A stretch of DNA of 64,000 nucleotides from Rhodosorus marinus CCMP1338. Its lineage: Eukaryota; Plantae; Rhodophyta. The notes below the pieces were generated by a model. That model saw only the letters and a list, made by a program, of their open reading frames with translations, did not search any database and was not told where the DNA came from. The stretch is taken from positions 3,472,001-3,536,000 of the forward strand of contig JAMWBK010000001.1 of assembly GCA_029953675.1 (NCBI GenBank). Direction: 5' to 3'. Both the position numbers and the translations under genes were made by a program. Positions 26,301-38,203 of this stretch are shown here, piece after piece. Each line of letters opens with the position of its first letter. Within the stretch, counting starts at the first letter, position 1.

Positions 26301-27220
26301 GGGATCATCCGCAGTTCACCTAAGAGGAATGCTCATAAACTTCTACGTCTGCTAGTGGCAACCAGATCTGCTAGCTCCTTCCTCTCATTCTAGAATAGCA
26401 CCTCTGCAAGAGCTTCAGACTGTTCACCTCAACACAACCCTCACAACAGCTAATCCCCATCTAAAATTCCCGCCATTTTTCATTTAGAAAAGCAACACCA
26501 TGCATCCGAAACCACAGAATGCCCGAACATTTCGCGGGAAAACTATATCCGGAACACAATTTCAAAAATAAAAAACCAATATTCTGTTTTCCTGACTAAA
26601 TTTATCTATAATTCAATTTACGATAAGTTAGCGAAATATTTCCATAAAAACCAATCGTCACTCGAGAATCATACATTCACCCCCCAGCTCAATACATCAT
26701 TGTGACAGATATCCTTCCTAAAGTTTTCAAATAAAGTTCTTCAGCATAATGAAATGGACATATAACCCCTCCAGTTACTTGCTCCGTCTTCGTGTTGCAC
26801 AACTGCTTTCAGCGTTCACCTGTCATTGATATTGACGTGTGACTTTGTATTGATGTGATTATATAACAAGACAAATCTCGGCGAGGATTTGGGGGGGGAG
26901 GGAGGGGGAGAGGAGGGGTTGGGAATTTAGAGCGGCTTGAACAAGTGCATAAGGAAAGGGTTCTTGTACGTTTGCCTGGACATTCCTTCCCTTTTTTGTT
27001 GGTTTATTGGGGATGGGGTGGAATTTTTGTTGACTGATTTGTGGTTGGGGACAAGGGACCATCTTGGAATGGGAGTTTGAACGGGTGCGCTGCTCGGGGG
27101 CTGTTCGAGGGTTCAGCTATGGGAGTAGGCTTTAGAGGGATTTGATTGGGATAGTTTTGTTAGTGGGGAATTTGTGTTGTTATTTTTTCTATGTCCCTGT
27201 TTGTGAGGGTTTGAAGTAGA

Positions 27221-29525
27221 ATGCTGATATCAGATTATCTGGAGAAGAAGCAAGATCCGGTAGAGAACAATGACGGGAAGGGGGAGGCGGAGGTGGTGAA
27301 GAAGAGGAATATTGCAAAGAGGTAGGTGCTTGTCCCGGAGTTGGGTGGGCATGGTTTTTTTCTGTTTATTCCGTGTTACAGCTGTGCTGTCTCTTTATGG
27401 TTTGCAGCTGGCTGCACGCTCTTGGTGTTGTAGCTAAAAGTGGATGATCAACACCTCGTAGGCCTGAGAGGAAACCTCTTCATCCTGTGTTGAATGAACT
27501 GCGAAGCCTTGTGGAGACTTCAGAGGTGGAGCACTTCTTGATGACATTCCCAAAGGCGCTCGGCCTCGGCGCGGGTGGAATAGACCTGGTTGCCTTGGAG
27601 AATTTCCTAGCTCAGCCAGAGGAGTTCTCTCAAAACAGATCGCTTCTCGATGACGTCATAATAGCTCTGCTGGCCCCCGAAGGTCGCCGCTCAGCGAAGG
27701 AGTGGCGAAAGTCTGTTCTGAGGAGAGCTGCTGAGAAACGGGAGTACTTTGACAGCGCGGTTTTTGATGGTTCTGAAGGCCGCCCGGTTTGTGTTCTTGA
27801 GGATACCCCATTCAACGAGGTGAGGAGCACCTTCCTTTATTGTGGGCTTATTTGAACCACTCCTAAGTACTCAAGTAATACCCCTCCATGCATCACTACC
27901 ACAGTTACCTGTCAGGCAAAAGATCTTGATCCTGAAGGGTCTGTGCGATCTGGCCACCGATGACAATGAGGCCATTAGGGAGGCGATCAAGGTCCATGTA
28001 AAGGTGAGCGAAGAATGCAGCGGATTCGGCGCTGCCTTACCCCTGGAACCTGCGAAGCTGACGAAGTCTTTCTCCGTCCCAACTATTCTGGACCTTAGGA
28101 ATCTACCCTTGAAGAAGGACTGGTTCGGCTGAAGCCTTGTTGGCGAACTTCTCACAACAGGCCCTACTATTTCCTCGACAATGGCAGTCCCAGCTGCACT
28201 TCCTGCCGCATATTCTCGGTCGGCAAGGCCGGCAACACAATTCGAGTGGAAAGTTCAGACATGGAAGAGTTCACAGAACTCCTGGAACGAACTGTGGGTG
28301 GAGCAGACAAGCGGTGAGTCAGTCGACACATGTGGTGTTCATGGTGTGAACACTTTCACGCGTGGATGCGCTTGTCCGCAGCAAGCCCTTCTCGGCGTAC
28401 TTGGGTCTCTAACTAACGGGGAAATTCACGCTGATACAGGGCAGCCACACACGCTCGCAAGCTGAGAGAACGAAAGCTAGAACCCCTGCTTGTGAAGGTT
28501 CAGCAAGCAGAAAGGCGGAAACAGCGGGAGGAGAAGCGGGAAGTAATGAGGTTGGAAGCAATTGCAAGATGGACAAACTCTGAAAGACCCCGCCGGTCTG
28601 CTGCAAAGGTAGTCCACCAAGTCCCCAGCAATTCGTCTTTCCGGGACTGTCGTGATTAGAGATCTTAAAAGGTTGGCATATGCCCTTGATTTTTTGCTTC
28701 AGGTTGCATCATACGCGGAGTTCGACTTGCGGGAGAAGAACTCCCGATTTGAAACCAGCCCTGATCGTAAGCGCCTCCGACGGGGACTCCGGGGCGATAC
28801 GGACTCCCAAGGCTCTGATCCAGATGAAGCAGCGGATGAGGAGTCGAGTGGGGAGAGTCCAGAGGGCGATTCGGAGGATGTCGGTGCAGAGAATGGGAGG
28901 AGCGCAAGCTCGTCTGGCTCTTTTGAAAACGAAAGCAGTGGCTCTGTAGAAACCAAACAACCAGAGGTTCGTTCTTGCGAATATTTTGAGCTCCGTGTTC
29001 GAGCTTATGACTGATAAGTTAATGTTGCTGACTGCGGAATGTTTTCAGTCAGGTTCGGTCGGAACAACCGCTATGGAGACGTCGACCAGGAAGGGCCAAG
29101 ACATAGCAGGGGAAAAGGTTGAAAACAACTCAAATTTTTCGTCCCTGTCTGAGTCGGACGAGCCTGAAGTGGACTCTTCTGATGATGAGGAGGACGGATC
29201 TGAATATAACGGAAGCAGCGGCGTAGAATCCGAGGACGACCACCTGTCCGTTGGTCTCGTGCCCGAAGAAGACAGCTGCCACGAAACAGCGGGAGACGAG
29301 TCCGCTGACGAAAACATCAGCCAGCCGTCTACTACAAGGAAATGCAGGACCAAGTCGCGCGGGACTCGGACGGTGCTCCGGGCACCCAGGGTTGTTCAGA
29401 ATCCTGTCTCTCCCAACAAGACACCCTCCCCGTCTCTGGCGCGTAAGCCAGGCACTGATGCGGATAGGTTATCAGCTGAGTGCCTGGACAGCTTCAAATG
29501 TGGAAGAGCCCCTTCGAATATGTAG
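27221..29525 (+). CDS. DDT + WHIM1 domain protein (ISWI accessory subunit-like) with an acidic low-complexity tail; apparent 1-nt insertion at about 28170
   Basis: DDT-like VEHFLMTFPKALGL..LVALENFL. WHIM1-like PFNELPVRQKILILKGLCD..IREAI after splicing out 27819-27904. GT-AG introns at 27322-27460, about 28004-28098, about 28314-28439, 28609-28702 and about 28968-29048. Confidence 0.8.
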
Positions 29526-30278
29526 ATAATACTGAATGAAGGACTGTTAATAAATACGTTTTTATACAGAACCCAGGCCGACTTGGTTCTCTAACGATGC
29601 AACTCACGAACCCGGAATTCACGTACCCCTCGAACGGAATGGTTTGTGTTTGGACGTGTAACCAACCCGTTGCATACCGTTAGCAGCCCCCCCCGTTGGC
29701 CATAGTACAACTATGCTTCCTTTTGGATGGACTCGTAGAGCTCGACAGGTCCTCTCTTGAGGGATTCTTGGATCTGCACGGGGGTTCTATGCAACTCACG
29801 AACGCACGTCGCCCATCTCAGCGCTACAGCCCAAGGCGCGGTCAGGAGGACTATATGTTGCCGAAGGTGCTTTGCCCCGATGTGATCGCGGGAACGAACT
29901 ACCACTGCAGAAAGCTAACAATTCGGGATTCTCAGTTGCTCAGATTTGCCGATCTGTCTTGCAGTCGACCGTCCGCTCGAACGTGAAGTCGTCGGGGCTT
30001 GTCTGAAAAGCCAGGTATGATTTTTTTTTCAGTTTTACGTCTCGGCGGTCGTCTGTGGCGGCCGTCACCATCCTTGCTCCAGGAGGAACATCCGTGCCGC
30101 CTCGCTCAAGCCAGTGCGGTCCCAAAACAACCTCCGGAGAACCTCACGTTCTCATTCGAGGCAAAAGGACGGAGATTCCTGCCATCTATTCCTGATTCTT
30201 CCACCTGGACAATGCTCTGCGTGAACCTAAGTAGCAGCTGCGGACTTGGACTCCTTTAAAGTTCAATGATGAACACTC

Positions 30279-30353
30279 GGGCGCTCCAGCGCTGCTTTGT
30301 TGTTGGACACGAACGTCATCAGTGTGTCTCCCTATAAGCTTGTCTGAATAATG
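30279..30353 (-). repeat. Short, deleted copy of the dispersed KAAFER family
   Basis: Minus strand CACTGATGACG..CCAACA..AAAGCAGCG..GAGCG aligns with 54905-54950 (+) and 37617-37662 (-). Confidence 0.6.
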
Positions 30354-32317
30354 CATGATCATGACGATATGTTGCGCGAGTGTTTCCGCGACCGCCCTGA
30401 CCCTCTTTCTCAACCGCACACTTCCTCGAGTGGGACTCTGACACACACAGACAGAAGCGGTTCATCTGGCACTGCAACGCTGTCTTTGGGTTCTGCATGG
30501 CACGATCTTTTCGGATCTTCCTAGCGTCCCTCACTCGGGAACCTTAGCCTCCGATGAAAGCCATGATGGTGATGATGACGATATCGCGAAGAGACTAATA
30601 TCAACAGTCTCCCTCCTCCCAATCATCATCCGAGAACGGGGCCTACGAAAGTTGGTAGGCCTTCATGAAAGGCAGTCTTCGGGGATCAAGCTTGCGAGGA
30701 AAAAAGGGCTCAAACTTCGTCGCTTGTCAAACTAAACCAAACCAGCAGAAGCTATACTGATTGCAGAACATACTACAGATGCTAAAGAGCTGGAGAACAA
30801 ACTGGAGAGAGGAGCGAGACACTACAGACGATAGAAACGCTCCGGTACAGCACAGAAACGAACGGAATCTCGGAACGAACGAATCGGAGTATTCTGATGC
30901 TCATCCGTGTAGTCCTGTAGGGCCTAAACTCACAATGGAACCCAAAGACCTCTGCTACAAACAGAACTGCTTAACCTGAGGCTAAGGTCCCCGGACGAGG
31001 TACGCTGGGAGTACGCAGAGTACTCCAGACAAAGGCAGCGTTGGCGCTGCATAGAAGCATACGGTCGAGGACAGAGCTTCAGGGCGGTCACGGTAGTACT
31101 CACGCAACCCAAGCCCCCCCATCACTGTTCTAAGAGTCCGAAGACCTCTACAACCAATCGATGGACCAACCGATGAGCCAGGGCAGACTGAAAAGCCTCA
31201 GCGTCAGTAAAAGCGAGCGCCTCTGTATACAAGGCCAGTTCGTTTATCCCCACAGGACTACTACTCTGAGAGCACTACATTACCGAAGACGGCATGCTTA
31301 CGCGATTCACAAACAAAAAAAGGAACCAATGCGCCCGCCGTGTATGGACGAGGAAACCCGCACTCACGGAAGTCAGTAGCTTTTCTTGAGCCAAGCAGCT
31401 CCCTCTACCATCAAGAAAACGCAAAAAGTACAAAACTTAATCAAAAAACAAGCAGGACTGCAGGACTGCAGGACTAGACGCCCTGCGTCAGGTCATAGTT
31501 TCCTGAAGAGAGACAGCTCTCTCCCTCACCCCATCTCTTCATCTCGCACCAATAGCAAAAGGCACCAAAAAAAAAAGCATCCATACTGTCCCAGTCCCAT
31601 TTTAAGACCTGCGGACTTCATTGCCCTCAAAAACCGCACGCACAACGACAGAAATGCATACCAATAAAAAACAACCACTATAAAATAAAATATGACCAAT
31701 CAATACACGAAAAAGACCTACCAGATCAAAACCGAGCGAGACTAACCAATAAAAATCAATGAAATGGAAAAATATGCATAAAAATATTGGAAATAATAAA
31801 CGATGGTTCAGTCAAAATTGAGTAATCTGACGGTATCTGAGTCTCCAGGGAGGAAAGGGGGTGGGGGTTGGGGGGGTGAGATAGATCATGAATTAAGATA
31901 AAGGGGGGGGGGAAGGAGATATACTGAGTGCATCTAACTTTGGGGATTTTTGAGTATTTTTAGAATATTTGTGAGTTAAGATGGATATACTAATAGGGGT
32001 TAGAAAGATTTTGGTTTTGGGATTTTTAAGGGGGGTTATGAGATGCATTGAGAATAAAGAGGGTTTTTTGGAGATATCTCACGGAGGCAATGGGAGTTCA
32101 GTTGAGAGCGATACATAGAGAGAGGAGTTGGATGGATTGGTAGGGGTAAGTTGGAGAGGAGGGTGGGTGTGTGGAAGGAGTAGTGGAAAGGATTTGATAT
32201 ACAGGACTTTGTCTTTATTGTCTTCTTCTTCTTCTTGTTCTTCTTTTTTTTTGGTTGGGGGTGGGGGGGTAAGGGGGAGGGGAGGGGGAGGAGAGGTTAG
32301 AGGGGTGACAGGGAGCG

Positions 32318-32725
32318 ATGGCTTTTGTAGGTGGAAGTGGGAGTTTGGTGACTGGTCGTAATGTACGTCCGAGGGTGGCACCTCGGATGTCAGCTGCGTC
32401 AAGGAGGGATTTTTTGATCGCGATTGCTGGGGGATGTTTGACGGGGGCAGCCCTTCCGGCGATGGCGAAGGAGAAGATTGATTTGAGCTTGCAGGAGTTG
32501 GATAAGGAAGTCAGAAAGTTGAAGTACGAGGACGAAGTTTTGCGGAACCCTGATCCGGCAGAAGGGGAGAAATCGATATACGCCACTAAGCGCGTGGATA
32601 AGGTCGGAAACTACGAAGGAGAACAGTCGTCTCGGAAGGAAACCAACAAGCAGAAGTATGCCGACGTAGTCGCCAAGGAAAAGGATGAGCTCGCCAGGCT
32701 GAAGTCGGCCTTCTCCAAAAATTAA
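32318..32725 (+). CDS. Hypothetical thylakoid-lumen protein with bipartite transit peptide (Tat type)
   Basis: MAFV start, SRRDFL twin-arginine motif, hydrophobic core and AMA cleavage site, then about 85 charged residues. Intronless, with a G-rich 5' flank. Confidence 0.8.
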   Translation: MAFVGGSGSLVTGRNVRPRVAPRMSAASRRDFLIAIAGGCLTGAALPAMAKEKIDLSLQELDKEVRKLKYEDEVLRNPDPAEGEKSIYATKRVDKVGNYEGEQSSRKETNKQKYADVVAKEKDELARLKSAFSKN

Positions 32726-32975
32726 AGTCTTGAAACCCTCATCTGCTTGTGTTGGTCCCACTGCCATCATGGTGATCGCGCTGCTCGAAAAGTTTTTCAG
32801 AAAAAATTGTGCATAGATATACGTGCATGCGAAAAAAAAAAGTACAGAAAAAGTATACAACTGTCCAAAAACCTCGCCGTCCACACCCAAGGCATTCTAC
32901 TCGCTCACGATGACCATCATCAGCTCTTCAAACTCCCTAGTACAAATCACCTTTCAGCCTCATCCAGGCTATCAA

Positions 32976-35195
32976 CTACGACTGCTCGATGTGTCTCAAG
33001 TGTACGAGTAGGCCGGCAATATCGGCTGGGTTGACGCCTCCAACTCTCTGGGCCTGTCCAATGGTTTCTGGTCTGATCTTTCCGAGCTTCTCCCTCGCCT
33101 CCATTCGCAGCTGCTCGATTTTTGAGTAGTCAATATTGCCAGGGATCTTCTTCCCCTCCGATGCTCGGACTTGTTGAACTTCCTCCAGCTGGCGCTCGAG
33201 GTAGCCCTTGTACTTGATCGCCGTCTCGATGGTCTCCCTCTCAAACGCGTTCATCAGACCGTCCGCCTCGGCCAAGCCAGCTTCGACGAAGTGGTGATAC
33301 CGCACCCCCGGTCGGCAGAGCAAGGACTCCAACGTCGTGACATGGCGTATTGTCCCACCGGTCAGTTCAACAACCTTCTTCGCGGCATCAGAGCCTTGCG
33401 GTACCAAGGTCTTCCCCAGGCGCAGTTCCTCTGTCTCCAACCTCTCCTGCTTCTCCTGGAATATCTTCCATCGACTATCGTCTACTAGTCCGTACTTCCG
33501 CCCGATCGCCGTCAGTCTCTTATCAGCATTGTCAGCTCGCAGCAGCAGGCGATACTCCGACCTCGATGTCAGCACTCGATACGGCTCCTTCAGCTCCTTG
33601 GTACAGAGATCATCAACCATCGTCCCTATATACGAGCTCTCCCTAGGCAGCGATAACCCCTCCTCAGTACCCTCCGCATACATGGCCGCATTCAGGCCCG
33701 ACAAGAGTCCCTGAGCAGCAGCCTCCTCGTATCCAGTCGTCCCACAGACCTGTCCCGCTAGGAAGAGACCCCCAACCTCACGCGTCATTAACGTCGTGTT
33801 CAGCTGAGTCGCCGGCAGGTAGTCGTAATCCACAGAGTACGCCGGACGCATCATTCGGCACTCTTCGAGACCAGGAATCGATCGAAGCATCGAGAGCTGG
33901 ATGTTTTCCGGCATCCCAGTCGAGAATCCCTGAATGTAAAGCTCGTTGGTCTCACGGCCTTCGGGTTCGATGAACACCTGGTGGTGGGATTTGTCGGCAA
34001 ACCTTACAATCTTATCCTCAACAGAAGGACAGTAGCGCGGTCCAGAGGACGTCATAAAACCGCCGTACTTGGGTGTCAAATGCAGGTTTTCTCGGATGAT
34101 CCTGGTTCCAATTTGAACGCAGATAGGCTGTGAGTTCAACGGTCGGCGAGAGGGTGCATGCGGGATGGAACGAGCCCTACTTGTGCGTCTCCTCCGTCGT
34201 CCTGGTTAAATAGCATGGAATCACTGGTCGTGGATTCCACTCCAATGGATCGTAACTAAACCAGTGATCATCGGGATCACTGTGCTGGGGCTCCATCTTG
34301 GAGAAATCCACCGTCCTTCGATCCACCCTCGCGGGAGTTCCCGTCTTCAGCCTATCCGTCTCGAACCCTAAAGTTTTCAGGGTTTCCGTCAATCCGAACG
34401 ATGCCATTTCTCCAGCACGTCCTGCCGGCATCGACTTGGAGCCCACCCAGATCCTTCCCTCCAGGAAAGTCCCCGTCGTGAGCACCACCGATTTACACCC
34501 AAAAACACTCCCAAAATATGTCACCACACCTAAAATAAGACCGAAATTTAAAAAATAACTAAATTGCAAATACATATACAATAATCTTGTCGTCCAATGG
34601 ATTAAATTAAGATTTCCTCACCACTGACGGCACCGTTGGTGTCGAGGGTGATGTCGTAGACCATTCCTTCTCTGTACGAGAGAAGTCCATTCGTACTCTG
34701 TGAGACCTGATCTAGGACGTTTCTCATTTCTCTGGAGTATTCTGCCTTGTCAGTCTGGGCTCGCAAGGCCCAGACAGCGGGGCCCTTGGACTTGTTCAGG
34801 ACTCGCCTCTGGAGGTAGGTTCTGTCTGCGAGCTTTCCGATCCAGCCGCCGAGCGCGTCGACTTCGTGGACGAGGGTTGACTTTGCTGGGCCACCCACTG
34901 CGGGGTTGCATGGCTGCCAGGCGATTTTGTCGAGGCTGAGAGTGAGGAGGAGAGTCTTCACCCCGCGTCTGACCGATGCCAACGCCGCCTCACACCCGGC
35001 GTGACCCGCCCCAACCACCACCACGTCAAATTGCTCCTCGACCTCTCCAACATCCTCACCACGAACCGTCCGCAGCCCGCAGCGGGGCGCTACCCTCCTC
35101 AACCCATCGCTGCTCCGTCCACGACCACAAGACGACCTCAGTCCAGACCCCTTCTCCTTCAGTAGAACACCTCCAACACCTCCAAGAAACGCCAT
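32976..35195 (-). CDS. mnmG: tRNA uridine-34 5-carboxymethylaminomethyl modification enzyme MnmG/GidA, plastid-targeted; exons 35195-34622, 34529-34181, 34101-32976
   Basis: [80 protein letters not shown]. Confidence 0.97.
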
Positions 35196-35443
35196 TTCCC
35201 CAATTTCAATCCAATACCTACCACCTACCCCACACCCACCCAAACAAAAAAAAGGCACGCACCTCACCGTCTTCACACCGTCGTGGACTTCGTGCTTGAC
35301 GACCTTCTCTCTCCTCAAAAGAGAAAGCGCGAAGAAGAAACCCAAACCAAATTCTTCATCCCCCCTCTTCAACCCCTATCTCACCCAAATTCCTATCTAG
35401 AAATATTTAATATTTAATTTCTCCACAATCTCGTGCTTCATGA

Positions 35444-37280
35444 GGACATCGGTTTCCAATGTGCTGGCCGCCGTTGGTGGACAAAGTGTAGGTATCGCTC
35501 TGATCTGTAGTAGGGCGGCCTCCTTTTGTGTTTTTCTTATTGCGGCGCGTTGCACAGACCCGCAGACCTGATTGTCATCCTGGTTGAGGAGTTGGGAACC
35601 ATTTCTGAAGAGGGCAGAGGAGTTCATGTCCTCCCACCGTCCCCACACCGTCATGGACATGATGCGCGACGACTAGCTCCCCTCCAAAGCCCAAGCGTGA
35701 AGAAGAAACTCAAACGAAATTCTTCATTCCTCGTCTTCGAACTTCACCTACGGCGGACATCGATTTCTCATGTGATGGCCGCCGTTGGTGAAGAAGACGG
35801 GGTGAGGATCGCTTTGATCTGTAATAGGCATCTTTTAGCTTTCTACAGGCCCGCAAGACCCAGATCGTCACCTTGGTTGAGGAGTTCTGGACCTTTTTGT
35901 GAAGAGGACACAGAGTGGGTCATATTTTCGTACCTCGGCGCTCGGGTGGAAATGCCACGGTTTTGCTTATCATCTACGACGGGGATAATAGGTCGACCTG
36001 TTTGGCTGCGGTATGGAAGATATCCCGGCTGATATTGTGCCCCTTGTTCACCCTGCGGTTCCATGTAGCTTGAGTTGTAGCCAGACCGGAGCATCATTTC
36101 AATTTTGATTAAAGTTGTTCCCGTTATCTTGGACCGCCGGGTTCTCTTGGCCGGCAAGCGTCGGCGCAACCTCGTTTCCACTAGGACTGATAGTGGTATC
36201 CACGGCCGCAGCGGCACGGAAGAAGTCCTCCGCGCTGACTGCCTGGCCTTGAGCCACCAAGTTTCCCATGGAAGGGGCGTTGTAAACTGCTTGTGCTTGT
36301 AGCTGCTGTGCAATAATCTGTTCCTCATAGACGACTTCTCCATGGACGCGAGGGACACCGCAAACAACTCCCCGCTGGTTCTCGTTCGCGAACTTCTGGC
36401 ATGGGTGGACCGTAACCTGGGCGCCGTGTTATTGAGTCCATCATCGCCTGCTCTCTCAGTGTTGAAGAACGATACGACGCTCAGGGAAAGCTCTTCGAGG
36501 AAGACAACTGTAGATGTTCACTTTCGAAACTGAGAGAATGCAGTAACGATTGGTTCTGTTCTGTAGTAGACTTTCTTTTCGTTATCCTGGCGCGCTGTTA
36601 AGGATGCCGGCCTTGGTGGTCTTCCTGGTGGGTGGTGAAGAAGACAGATGCCCACTATTTGGATTTCCAAGGACGCGAGAATGTGGTATGGATCGGTTCT
36701 GATCTGTGTTTTGGTTCATGCGGGGTGCAGGTGCAGAGGCAGGACTGGGTCGTCATTGACCGTGGTAGGTTTTACCTACCGGGATGGGCGGTACAGAAAC
36801 CAGACTTGGTCGTGATCCCCGATAGGTGTGACGGTGTTTGGAGGGGGCCGGAGTGAAGAAGACGGACGTAGATGTTGACTTCCAATGTGGAGACAATCTA
36901 CAATCGGATGGAGCTGATCTGTAGGAGGTTGATCTCTTATCACGGCGCTCATCACAGACTTCGTCGTGGTTAGAGATAGGTAGACCCTTCCCGGTCACGG
37001 TTGAGGTTTTTTTGGGGGCCATTGATAACAAGACGTGGATGTTGACTCTCAAGAACATCATCATAGATAGCTATGTTCTGCCCTAGTATTTCTTAACTCC
37101 GCGGTGCAGACACCAGACTTGGTCGAGGTCGTGAGGTGGATGCTGAATGCCAGATGGTCATGGAGACATCTCAACCTGTTATGCTCGCCCAGGCGTTCTC
37201 GACCATGCCCTAGGCCCCTAGGCCAGCCCGCCATGATGAGCACCATACTTGGTCATCGTCATCCAGTCGCTTACAACGTC
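35444..37280. repeat. Decayed tandem array with units of about 150-310 bp
   Basis: 35444-35640 duplicates 35755-35930. Recurrent motifs GTGAAGAAGAC (35789, 36634, 36853), TGATCTGT (about 35503, 35815, 36700, 36915) and CAGACTTGGTCG-like (about 36802, 36955, 37115). Confidence 0.7.
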
Positions 37281-37751
37281 CCCATCTCTTTCCAACCAGC
37301 GAGTTCATCCTCCTGCTAAAGCCCCTGAGTACACTTACGCACTGGAACTCAATTTGATCTACAGCTGCTTGCCACCTGCAGCCACAGCCTGAACAGACCC
37401 TGGCAACCGGGCTCAGAGAAACAGCCGGCTTTGCGCAGGGAGAAAGGTTGTCAAACGCTATCTTTCGCGATTCGGCGGTGACATACCGGTTCGTCCCCCT
37501 CATTATTGAGTGCTTGGCTTCATAGATAGTGTAGGTTCTCGCTGGATGCGAGGTCTCTTTCGCAAAGACCCAGGGCGTCTAGATAGTCTTCTCACGGAGA
37601 TTTCTTTGGCCCTGTGACGCTCAAATGCTGCTTTGTTTGTTTGTAGACGCGTGCCATCAGCGTCTTGCCTCTCGTTTCTCAGGTTAGTTAGCCTCTGAAT
37701 AAACGGGTCCTCGAGAAAGGTTCGAAAATGAATATCCATATAAATTTCCAC
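37210..37751 (-). mobile_element. Decayed coding element (KAAFER family), tentatively TnpB/Fanzor2-like
   Basis: About 75 percent identity by eye to 54861-55023. One extra G in the run at about 37572 would join ORFs 37503-37751 and 37210-37503. Motifs DPFIQRLTNL, DGT, RRLSRR, IAFDNL, CSGCG, FQC and RRMN occur in TnpB order. Family membership is solid; the TnpB assignment is weak. Confidence 0.4.
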
Positions 37752-38203
37752 CTCAAGTTTTCTTCAAATATAATATCCATATTATACTATTTTCTAAATA
37801 ATAACGACGTCCCTAGATGGGACAAGTTTGTGGAAAAAAAGGCACTTTTGAAAAATGTCCCACGCGGGACAAAAAGAAGTTTTCATGTCGGTGTTTAGCA
37901 CATAGTAAATAATCGTACGTTGTACTAAGACGAAATTGGTGCACGGCCGTCTCGCTCGGTGGTGGACAGTTTGCAAAGAGGCTTACGACTTGGGATGAGG
38001 CCGGTTTGGCTGGCGATTCTACTTGAGAATGGTTACTGTTTGATGGTTTCTGATTGGAGACGATCTTAGCCCGAGGGAGTTCCCGTCATACGATACTGGT
38101 GTCTGGTCCAGTACAGACGAGGAGCCCACGGACCAGGTCAAATTTCCAGCGAAGGCGCCGATGCTGCGCATTTTACGGCAGCAAAATGCGCAGCTAGTCG
38201 AAC

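Noticed and set aside
30560-30630. GTGATGA as a possible snoRNA box C
   Set aside because: No CTGA box D at a suitable distance.
32399-35299. Antisense and alternate-frame ORFs over mnmG and other genes
   Set aside because: Shadows of the real coding strand.
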